From: an uncultured Candidatus Bathyarchaeia archaeon
GTDB taxonomy: Archaea; Thermoproteota; Bathyarchaeia; Bathyarchaeales; Bathyarchaeaceae
Assembly (NCBI GenBank): GCA_964399485.1
Contig: CAYNQS010000006.1
Coordinates: 27,656-91,655, forward strand
Length of the DNA: 64,000 nucleotides
Reading direction: 5' to 3'
Part shown: positions 57,357 through 64,000 of the stretch, piece by piece
Position numbering within the stretch: the first letter of the stretch is position 1
Layout: every line of letters begins with the position of its first letter
Translations under genes and position numbers: made by a program
Notes under the pieces: generated by a model
The model's database searches: none
Told to the model about the DNA's origin: nothing
What the model saw: the letters and a program-made list of their open reading frames with translations, nothing else

Positions 57357-58540
57357 AACTCGAAACCGGCTTTCATCAGGTTTTTCCGCACCTCTTCCGG
57401 TCTCACATATGGGGTTTCGGATGTGGCGCTTATCTCGGCTAGTCTGATTAGGTCTTCTAGTTTGACTTCAGGTTTTTCTGTGCCCCAGTTTAGTCTGCAG
57501 TTTGCCTTCGCTGGGTTGAGGCTTGCCTGCCGTATTAGGGGATTGAAGATTTCTCGTTCGCAGGTTCTTTTTATGAATCGTTGTAGTGCCATTACTTTTC
57601 TTTCCGCGATTTCCAGGGCTGCTCTGGCTGATGCTTCTGTGAAGCCTGGGGTGGTGAACAGTTTTGGCAGTGGGGTTTGTCCGCCCAGGTAGACTTGGTT
57701 GAGGATGTGGTCGATGTAGGCTTCGTAGCGGGCTTTGGGGTCTACGGTGACGGTTTTGATGTCTGCTTCTGGTTTGTTATACACGAATCTTGCGCCTGCT
57801 TTGGGTTTGCTTTTTATGAGTTTCTGGTATTCGGCGAGTTTTTCGTCGCTGGCGCCTGCGAAAATCCACAGTTCGTCTGGTCCAGCGTATTTTTCGAAGA
57901 TTTCGGGCATGATTTTTTCTATGCGGGCTTTCATTTCGAGAAAGCTGATTCTTGTTTCTCCGTTGAAGCTGAGTTCGGTGAGTAGTACTTGAAGGACTCC
58001 TGTTCCGTATGCTGAAAAGTTAACTGGGTTCCAGCGGAAGTGGACGATTTTTTCGGGTTTGAAGGCTGTTTTCGCGTCTCCGTAGCTGTAGTTGTAGCCT
58101 GTGACCTGACCGTACTGGTTTCGTTTTATTGCTGTTGGGTTGTCGAAGCCTGTGAGGGGCAGTATCTTCAGGTTCTGCAGGTGTTCAGGTTCTGTTTTCA
58201 GCCAGAAGCTGTTGCCTGATGCCACGATTTCTCTGGCTGCGATCTGCAGTAGCTCGTCTAGGTTGACTGTTTCGTTGAAGCTGTCTATGATCTGTTTTGC
58301 TTCTTCGGCGCGTGCGTATTCTTCGTTGATTGTGGTGTAGAATCCAGCGCCTACGGCTTGGTCTGCTAGAAAGTCGACGAAGGCTTTGCAGCTGGGGTCT
58401 CTGGTGTAGGCGGTTATTATGTCGTTGAAGGTGACTGTTCGGGTTTCTCCGTAGATTTGTCTCCATGCGGGCAGCAGGACGCCGTTGGTTTGTTGGAGTT
58501 TTCCGTAGAATTCTTTGAGTTTGTTTACGACTACGCTCAA
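57338..58540 (-). CDS. Head-tailed-virus portal-like protein (HK97/Phage_portal-like)
   Basis: 400 aa. IAAREIVASGNSFWL, EKIVHFRWNP..SAYGTGVL and LNQVYLGGQTPLPKLF resemble conserved portal blocks. Judged from recalled motifs only. Confidence 0.5.
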   Translation of the reverse strand: MSVVVNKLKEFYGKLQQTNGVLLPAWRQIYGETRTVTFNDIITAYTRDPSCKAFVDFLADQAVGAGFYTTINEEYARAEEAKQIIDSFNETVNLDELLQIAAREIVASGNSFWLKTEPEHLQNLKILPLTGFDNPTAIKRNQYGQVTGYNYSYGDAKTAFKPEKIVHFRWNPVNFSAYGTGVLQVLLTELSFNGETRISFLEMKARIEKIMPEIFEKYAGPDELWIFAGASDEKLAEYQKLIKSKPKAGARFVYNKPEADIKTVTVDPKARYEAYIDHILNQVYLGGQTPLPKLFTTPGFTEASARAALEIAERKVMALQRFIKRTCEREIFNPLIRQASLNPAKANCRLNWGTEKPEVKLEDLIRLAEISATSETPYVRPEEVRKNLMKAGFELWENKP

Positions 58541-58596
58541 GGTTGTTACGTCCAGCAGTTTTTTGGTGATTTTTGGTCTTAAGTTGGAATGAGCTT

Positions 58597-58962
58597 CTAT
58601 GCTGAGTGCTGTTTAGGTGCCAAATTTTTCTTAGATGGATCGTTGAAGAGGGCTATGATGGCTTGTCCCCTGTCTGTGAGTTTGTAGTATTTTGCGGGGA
58701 GGAACTTGTCTTCTTCGATGTGGTCGACTTCTAGGAGATTTGCTTTGAGGCAGTATCTGAGGTAGCGGTAGATTTTTTTGCTGTCGAAGTGGAGGCTGCT
58801 GTGATAAAGCTGATACACGTTGTTGGCGTTCTTTCTGAACATGTTGAGAAACTTCAGGGTCTCCAGCAAATCGCAGAATTTGGAGCCTTTTTTGGGTCCA
58901 CGCTGCAACAACAGCACCAACCAAAAAGAGGGTGGGTAGAAGGGTATCAGATTTTTTGACAT
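58597..58962 (-). CDS. Winged-helix (PadR/MarR-like) DNA-binding protein
   Basis: 121 aa. KIYRYLRYCLKANLLEVDHIEEDKFLPAKYYKLTDRGQ has a recognition-helix-plus-wing pattern. An alternative overlapping frame (58631-58975) was judged less protein-like. Confidence 0.45.
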   Translation of the reverse strand: MSKNLIPFYPPSFWLVLLLQRGPKKGSKFCDLLETLKFLNMFRKNANNVYQLYHSSLHFDSKKIYRYLRYCLKANLLEVDHIEEDKFLPAKYYKLTDRGQAIIALFNDPSKKNLAPKQHSA

Positions 58963-59156
58963 TTTCGGTCTTCACGAGGCTGCGGCAAAACGGTTATTCT
59001 GCAAGAAACGCCCTATAGGGAAACTGCTTCTTCGGGCAGATATATGACGTGGGCAGGCATGTTTATGTCAAATTTGCTGTTGGATTTGGCTTTTTGGTGT
59101 TGTTTTATTGGGGCTGAAACCGCGTTTTTCTTGGGGAAGAACTGTTTCCATGGGGG

Positions 59157-60038
59157 TTATGGGCGCTTTTTGTGCCAATCTTCGCATACTGTGCCTGAGC
59201 AGTAATCTTTGCGTTCCAGCTCGATTGTTGAGTGTTCGATGTGATGTTTCAGGAGTTTTTCTTTGATTGTCTGTTTTGTTGGTTCAGGACTTTTGAGTGT
59301 CTCATCATCCAGCACCACATGTGCCGTGAATATGTCGGTTTCTCCCTCCAGTGACCAGATGTGTATGTCGTGGACGTCAATTACCCCCTTGATTGAGGTC
59401 AGATCTTTTTTGACGGCTTCGAGGTTGATGTGCTCTGGGACGCCTTGGAGGAGGATGTTGATTGCTTCTCTGAGGTTTTTGGTTACATTGTAGAGGATGA
59501 ACGCTGTTAAACCGATGGTCATCAGTGGGTCGAGGAGATAAACTTTCCAGAAGTAGATGATTACGCCTCCAACCAGAATGCCCCCCCAGCCCAGCACGTC
59601 CTCTAGGAGGTGCCATGAGAGCACTTTCTCGTTTAGGCTCTCACCTTTTTTCAGCAGAAAGAAGCCCAAGCCGTTGAATAGGATGCCGATGACGGCTATG
59701 CCCACCATTCCAAACGCATTTACAGTTTCTGGATTGAAGAGTCTGGGTATGGCTTGGAAGATGATTACGATTGAGCCTCCGATTAGGATAGAGGCTGAGA
59801 AGAGTGCAGAAAAGAGGGAAAGCCTCTGGTAACCGAATGTTCGGCTGGTGTCTGGAGATTTGCGTGCTCCCCGTTCGAAGAGCCATGAGACCAGTAAGGC
59901 GACGCTGTCGCCGAAATCATGCAATGCATCAGAGAGGATTGCTAAACTGTTGGTCCAGAAGCCGCCGACAAGCTCTATGACTGTGAAGGCGACATTCAAG
60001 AACGCGGCGAAACGCACCCTTTTTTCTCGCTCTGGCAT
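59157..60038 (-). CDS. Cation diffusion facilitator (CzcD/ZitB-type) metal efflux transporter
   Basis: 293 aa. Six TM helices, SDALHDFGD (TM2 HD/DD site), HLLEDVLGW (TM5) and a C-terminal cytoplasmic domain. Confidence 0.9.
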   Translation of the reverse strand: MPEREKRVRFAAFLNVAFTVIELVGGFWTNSLAILSDALHDFGDSVALLVSWLFERGARKSPDTSRTFGYQRLSLFSALFSASILIGGSIVIIFQAIPRLFNPETVNAFGMVGIAVIGILFNGLGFFLLKKGESLNEKVLSWHLLEDVLGWGGILVGGVIIYFWKVYLLDPLMTIGLTAFILYNVTKNLREAINILLQGVPEHINLEAVKKDLTSIKGVIDVHDIHIWSLEGETDIFTAHVVLDDETLKSPEPTKQTIKEKLLKHHIEHSTIELERKDYCSGTVCEDWHKKRP

Positions 60039-60114
60039 GGTTTAAGGTAAGTTCTCGACTTGATAAAAACCTATCCAAAAACAGAGAAATGGGGAAATAC
60101 GTTTAGAACTAAAT

Positions 60115-60138
60115 GGGTTTGGGGCTAAATTTTGATTC
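60115..60138. repeat. PAL element copy 6 (right arm degenerate)
   Basis: GGGTTTGGGGCTAAATTTTGATTC. Overlaps the last codons and stop of the MFS gene. Lies 77 nt upstream of the CDF start. Confidence 0.8.
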
Positions 60139-61324
60139 TGTTTCTCAGGAAGAGTATAAGGGATGAGAAGAACAGTGCTGATAGTAACGGCAGTGTTTGC
60201 GACGGTAAGTATTGGATTATGAATCCTCCTGCGATTGGTGTGATGATTTGAGCTATGCTCTGCAGTGAGTTGTTGACGCCCAGTACGGTTGCGGTTTCCT
60301 TTTGTGTGACGCTGTTTGTCAGTTTGCTGGTTAAAATGGGTCTGCTGACTCCTGTGCCGTAGGCGAGGAAGATTAGGGGGATGAAAACGAACATGTAATC
60401 TGTGGAAAGTGCAAGAGTCACCATTGAAATTACCATGGCTACTATCCCCGTTCTCAGCATGCTGCCTTCACCCAAGGCTCGGAGGATGCGGGCAATCAAG
60501 AATGTTTGAATAGTGACTCGCAGTATGCCGATCCATGCCATGTAGAAGCCGACTTGGTCAGCGCCAACGTGGAATTGTGCTTCTGCCAGTAAACTGAAGT
60601 TGGAAATGAACAGGAAGAATCCGGCGTTGAAGATGAAGAACATGATTAAGCTGTTTCTGACGTTGTGGGTTTTCACGAAGCGTTTAGCGTCGTTGACGGG
60701 GATTACTTCGTTGAAGCGAAGAGATAGTTTTTCGGGTTTTTCTGTGATGGTTTCGGGGAGGAAGAGAAGAACTAGGACGATTGAGACTAGGGTTACGGCT
60801 GCGGCGAAGAACATCGGAACTGAGTAGTCGATTCTGGAGAGCACTCCGCCGATGAAGGGACCGAATATCATTCCGGCGCCGAATACGCCGCTGGAGTAGC
60901 CGTAGACTCTGGTTCGGTGGCGGGGTTCGGTGATGTCGCTGATGTATGCTTGGCTGACGGTCATGTTGCTTCCCAGCAATCCGTCGATTAACCGTGCCAC
61001 AACTAACAGGATTGGGGTGGTGGCGAAGCCGAGGAGCAGAAAGCCTGCGAATGTGCTGAGCTGGCTTAGGATGAGGAGGGGTTTTCTTCCGAAGCGGTCG
61101 CTCAGTTTGCCTGTTATTGGGCTGGCGAATAGTTGGCAGAAGCTGAACACGCTGACGATGAGGCCTATTTGTATGGGGGCTAATCCAAGCGATAAGCCTA
61201 GAAACGGTATTAGCGGCATTACCATAATGAAGCCCAGCACTTCCGTGAAGATTATCAGAAATATCACGTAGAGGCGCTTGTCAAATTTGAAGTCGTCTGC
61301 TTCGTGTGCTTCGTTGGTTTTCAA
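60125..61324 (-). CDS. MFS transporter (drug/H+ antiporter, TetA-like 12-TM)
   Basis: 399 aa. GKLSDRFGRKPLL (MFS motif A) and 12 hydrophobic segments. Confidence 0.9.
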   Translation of the reverse strand: MKTNEAHEADDFKFDKRLYVIFLIIFTEVLGFIMVMPLIPFLGLSLGLAPIQIGLIVSVFSFCQLFASPITGKLSDRFGRKPLLILSQLSTFAGFLLLGFATTPILLVVARLIDGLLGSNMTVSQAYISDITEPRHRTRVYGYSSGVFGAGMIFGPFIGGVLSRIDYSVPMFFAAAVTLVSIVLVLLFLPETITEKPEKLSLRFNEVIPVNDAKRFVKTHNVRNSLIMFFIFNAGFFLFISNFSLLAEAQFHVGADQVGFYMAWIGILRVTIQTFLIARILRALGEGSMLRTGIVAMVISMVTLALSTDYMFVFIPLIFLAYGTGVSRPILTSKLTNSVTQKETATVLGVNNSLQSIAQIITPIAGGFIIQYLPSQTLPLLSALFFSSLILFLRNRIKI

Positions 61325-61405
61325 AAAGTTCGACCTCTACATCTATTAGGTGGTTAACTCGTCAAGATTCTGTTCCACTCTCTAAGAGGCGTAAAAACGT
61401 TTCTA

Positions 61406-61419
61406 TTAACTAGTTAACC
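61406..61419. promoter_or_regulatory. Perfect palindrome TTAACTAGTTAA(CC) upstream of the MFS gene (candidate operator)
   Basis: TTAACTAGTTAACC at 61406-61419 and GGTTAAC at 61352-61358. Both share the GGTTAA/TTAACC half-site with the PAL core. Confidence 0.3.
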
Positions 61420-61598
61420 AACAAACTGGAGAATCAATGAAGAATCTCTTTTGTTGGCTAAATTTCTGAGAAATGAACGTAAAGAGTGGATTCCTCGCAT
61501 CGTAATTAAAGAATAAAAGTCATAAGTCATCATTCTCCCATGACCAGATGTTTTATAACCAATTAGTTTTAAGATGTTTTTGAGGTGAGTAAAGGCAA

Positions 61599-61760
61599 AT
61601 GCCCATGCTTTATCTTAAATGCAAAACTTGTGGAATAAAATTCGCATCAGGAATTTCAGTAGATAGAACTAGCTTCAAAACGCTAAGCTTGATTAATAAT
61701 TCGCATACCTGCCCAAAAGGACATACACACGCTTATAACAAGCAAGATTATTCCTTTTAA
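61599..61760 (+). CDS. Small Zn-ribbon protein (53 aa, below the ORF-track cutoff)
   Basis: Manual translation: MPMLYLKCKTCGIKFASGISVDRTSFKTLSLINNSHTCPKGHTHAYNKQDYSF. Preceded by SD-like GAGGTGA (61582-61588). Confidence 0.45.
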   Translation: MPMLYLKCKTCGIKFASGISVDRTSFKTLSLINNSHTCPKGHTHAYNKQDYSF

Positions 61761-61796
61761 TATCGCGACTACTCAGTATTAAAGAGGTGAAGATTT

Positions 61797-62579
61797 ATTC
61801 CTGAGCCTTCTCTAAAAACTCGGAAAGTAGTTTATGAAAGATGGAGAGGTAAATGCGCTTTCTGTGGTATTGACCTACCCTTCGAACAACACCATATTAT
61901 CGCCAAAAATGACTCCCCAGAGTTGATTGATGACCCTGATAATTTGATTTTGTTATGTGCAAATCATCATGGTTTGACACTTAAGAAAAAACCAGATGAA
62001 CGCCCAGCAATTGCAATTGAAGATATTGACGACCTGCAAAAATCTGGTTTTGCCAAAGCAGAAAAAAGAGGTTTTTATTTTTCCATTCCTCAAAATTTTT
62101 CGCTTTCTTTAGGTAGTAATCTTTGCATAGGATGTCCCTATATTCTTATTGTTAATGATAAACCGTTGATTGAGATGTGGCCTCAGAGGACTGCCTTTTA
62201 TGTTGAAGAACCCAAGGTTTACCTTTACATGCGATTCTTTGATGACGAGAATAATTTTATAGGAGGAATGTTTGCGAATCATTGGGCTTCCGTTGTTAAT
62301 GAGGAATGGAAGTTGGATATTCTGGAAAATGAAATCATTGCTAGACACGTAAAGAGACCGATTTTCGTCAAATTTGAGCGCGATAAAAACTTGGTTCGAA
62401 TAACAGGACGGTTCTATTTTGATGGAATAGAAATAACTGCCAAATATGATAGCCTTCTACTAATGACAAATGTGTTCTCAGGAAATATGGCAAGAAATTG
62501 CGAAGTAGCTTTTATTGTGAAAGGAAATCGTGAATCAGCCTCATTAGGATTCTGTGGTCGATTATCTACGAAATTTTAA
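61797..62579 (+). CDS. HNH endonuclease-domain protein with ~200-aa uncharacterised C-terminal domain
   Basis: The frame is open from 61791. Upstream of the ORF-track start it encodes ...WRGKCAFCGIDLPFEQHHIIAKNDSPELIDDPDNLILLCANHHG (C-x2-C...HH...N...H HNH motif). The only plausible initiator behind SD-like GAGGTGA (61784-61790) is an in-frame ATT at 61797. The start is uncertain. Confidence 0.6.
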   Translation: MPEPSLKTRKVVYERWRGKCAFCGIDLPFEQHHIIAKNDSPELIDDPDNLILLCANHHGLTLKKKPDERPAIAIEDIDDLQKSGFAKAEKRGFYFSIPQNFSLSLGSNLCIGCPYILIVNDKPLIEMWPQRTAFYVEEPKVYLYMRFFDDENNFIGGMFANHWASVVNEEWKLDILENEIIARHVKRPIFVKFERDKNLVRITGRFYFDGIEITAKYDSLLLMTNVFSGNMARNCEVAFIVKGNRESASLGFCGRLSTKF

Positions 62580-62626
62580 TGCTCTAATTTTGAACTATGT
62601 GTTTTCTATAATTTGTGTTTTTTCTA

Positions 62627-62716
62627 CATGTGTATTGGGGAGAGAGCAGGTGGGAGCGCGGTGTAAACGCACGGGCACACATACGTACGTGTACGGGCGT
62701 ATGGACACGAGTACGT
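62627..62716 (+). repeat. PAL-associated upstream module (copy 2) with alternating purine-pyrimidine tract
   Basis: Homologous to 49761-49861 (blocks GAGAGAGC, GGTGTAAACGCAC, CACACATACGTACGTGTACGG, ACG..GGGTTTGGG). Perfect R/Y alternation at 62675-62695 (21 nt). Confidence 0.7.
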
Positions 62717-62738
62717 GGGTTTGGGTTTAATTTTAATC
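62717..62738. repeat. PAL element copy 7 (degenerate right arm)
   Basis: GGGTTTGGGTTTAATTTTAATC, between the convergent 3' ends of the HNH gene and the Shedu-like gene. Confidence 0.75.
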
Positions 62739-62788
62739 TCTCTGGCATCGCTCAATACTAAGAATTAAAGCCGTAAATCTCAAGCAAC

Positions 62789-63892
62789 TTATTTTTGCTT
62801 TGAAATAGCATCCAAATATTCTTGATACCGTGATTTGCATTGATTTACTACAGAAAAATAAGACTTGAATTCAATTGAGGGAATCAAGTTGATTGCCTTC
62901 TTTAGATGGGGAGTAATGTTCTTTGCTATTAGGAATCCCTGTTTTTCATCATATTCCGCAAATTCATCAACAAGAACCAAGTAATCCATTAGTTGAGTTA
63001 TGTGTTCCTGTTTAACTTGCATTGAAGGCCTTTTAATCTCAACTACGACCAGTCTTTTTTCGAAATCAGCACAAATAAAGTCAGGACGTCTTTTCCTATA
63101 TTTTTTCCTGTATTCTTTTCCAAGAAAATTTGAAAGTGTTTTGTTAGAACGGAGAAGCCAATACTTATCGTCAAGAATCCAAAGCGCACCTGCAAGTTGG
63201 TTATGTACAGAGTTTTTCCCTTTAATCTCATAGGCATTTTCATTTTGAATGGATGCATCAAAAATTGTTAACTTCCGTAATCTACTGCCAATAATGCTTG
63301 CAACAGAAGTAATTTCCGGCAGAGTGTATTGCTGCATTAGTTGGTGTAGTTTTTTCATTCCTTCAGGCGATTTTTCTTTTCCTAGCTCATTAATCAGTTC
63401 TTTCAAAGTGTTAGCCATTATGTCTTGTTTACCCAATAGAGACCTAAAAGCTGTCTCTACAAAATCGCTAAGAACATCAAAATCTTCAATTTCGACTTCG
63501 CCACGATAAACTTGGTCAAAAGCTTTCAAAATGCTGATTGCCGCTTTAGGGTATTGTTCAACAATCTTCTTTACTTGTGGGTCAATTGCTTCTTCTTTTC
63601 TCAATTGTTTTTCTAAAGCTTTTAGAAGAGGTGGTAATTTTTCCCATTTCAGTTTATTTGCTAAGTAATCTAACACTGGTTTGACTTTTGCTAGTTCCTC
63701 AGGGGTTTTTATTCTAACGGATTGATAATAAAATGGGCTTTGACGGGGTCCAGTAGGGCCTCTAGTCAACCTGTATAATTGTAAAGCTCCTCTGGGATTA
63801 AAAATATCCTTATAAGCTCTCATGTAAAATTTCTGTTTGATGATTGTTTGTCTATCGATTATAGTTTTTTGAGTTGCACCTTGATTTGACAT
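62789..63892 (-). CDS. Shedu-like protein: variable N-terminal region plus C-terminal PD-(D/E)xK nuclease (DUF4263-type)
   Basis: 367 aa. C-terminal ...HNQLAGALWILDDKYWLL...RRPDFICADFEKRLVVVEIKRPSMQV...QLMDY fits the D...(E/V)xK restriction-endonuclease-fold core and the DUF4263 pattern as I recall it. AT-rich. Confidence 0.5.
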   Translation of the reverse strand: MSNQGATQKTIIDRQTIIKQKFYMRAYKDIFNPRGALQLYRLTRGPTGPRQSPFYYQSVRIKTPEELAKVKPVLDYLANKLKWEKLPPLLKALEKQLRKEEAIDPQVKKIVEQYPKAAISILKAFDQVYRGEVEIEDFDVLSDFVETAFRSLLGKQDIMANTLKELINELGKEKSPEGMKKLHQLMQQYTLPEITSVASIIGSRLRKLTIFDASIQNENAYEIKGKNSVHNQLAGALWILDDKYWLLRSNKTLSNFLGKEYRKKYRKRRPDFICADFEKRLVVVEIKRPSMQVKQEHITQLMDYLVLVDEFAEYDEKQGFLIAKNITPHLKKAINLIPSIEFKSYFSVVNQCKSRYQEYLDAISKQK

Positions 63893-63944
63893 AAATAATA
63901 GAATTGTCCGATATACTATATTTGATTTCGTATGAAATTAATTT

Positions 63945-63968
63945 GGGTTTGGGGTTAAAATTTGACCC
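63945..63968. repeat. PAL element copy 8
   Basis: GGGTTTGGGGTTAAAATTTGACCC, 53 nt upstream of the Shedu-like gene start. Confidence 0.85.
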
Positions 63969-64000
63969 TTTCCGTCACTGAACAAATTTTCATTCTTATT

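Noticed and set aside
58631-58975. Alternative 114-aa ORF overlapping the 121-aa wHTH ORF on the same strand in another frame.
   Set aside because: Its translation is Arg/Pro/Gln-rich low-complexity sequence, whereas the 58597-58962 frame gives a helix-turn-helix-like sequence.
48227-63968. PAL elements as classical integron attC sites.
   Set aside because: GTTAAAT fits the GTTRRRY core, but it is directly abutted by its inverse (TTTAAC) in a near-perfect 19-31-nt dyad. There is no R''-L''-spacer-L'-R' organisation or extrahelical bases, the unit orientation is mixed, and no intI-like gene is in the window. I keep only the looser interpretation of a cassette boundary or recombination site.
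48227-63968. PAL elements (a dyad plus G-strings) as origin-recognition boxes of a replication origin.
   Set aside because: The copies are spread over 16 kb at gene boundaries rather than clustered around an AT-rich unwinding element, and there is no orc1/cdc6 gene in the window.

Overview
This is an archaeal chromosomal segment. Hallmarks include the tRNA-splicing endonuclease EndA, Taw1, pyruvoyl arginine decarboxylase, RpoP, LSm, RIO2, both subunits of ADP-forming acetyl-CoA synthetase, a class-III-signal-peptide pilin, and multi-intron tRNAs. The lineage cannot be fixed from sequence alone. Positions 1 to about 48.0 kb are a densely packed housekeeping core: pyrG, corA, trxB, uppS, hisS, endA, a leuC/D/B/A-type cluster, ahcY, thiI, cysS, nfi, taw1, pdaD, and a surface-protein cluster. 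From about 48.1 kb to the window end the character changes to a patchwork accessory region. It holds visibly AT-richer ORFs, small Zn-ribbon proteins, a degenerate KaiC-like ATPase, a glycan-modification/sulfate-activation cluster, an orphan virus portal-like gene, CDF and MFS transporters, an HNH nuclease and a Shedu-like (DUF4263-type) nuclease. The main finding is that nearly every unit boundary in this region carries a copy of one palindromic element (consensus GGGTTTGGGG-TTAAATTTTAA-CCCCAAACCC). I count 9 clear copies plus a few degenerate ones, and saw none in the 48-kb core. Two copies are preceded by a homologous ~100-nt module with long alternating purine-pyrimidine tracts. This looks like a cassette array with a shared boundary or recombination site, but no recombinase lies in the window. 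Other notable items are a three-copy ~65-nt intergenic element (candidate sRNA or regulatory module) upstream of trxB and acdB, a tRNA-Arg(CCU) that needs three introns removed, and a tRNA-Leu(UAA) with a non-canonical intron. All calls come from reading the sequence and the ORF track by eye. No database search was run.
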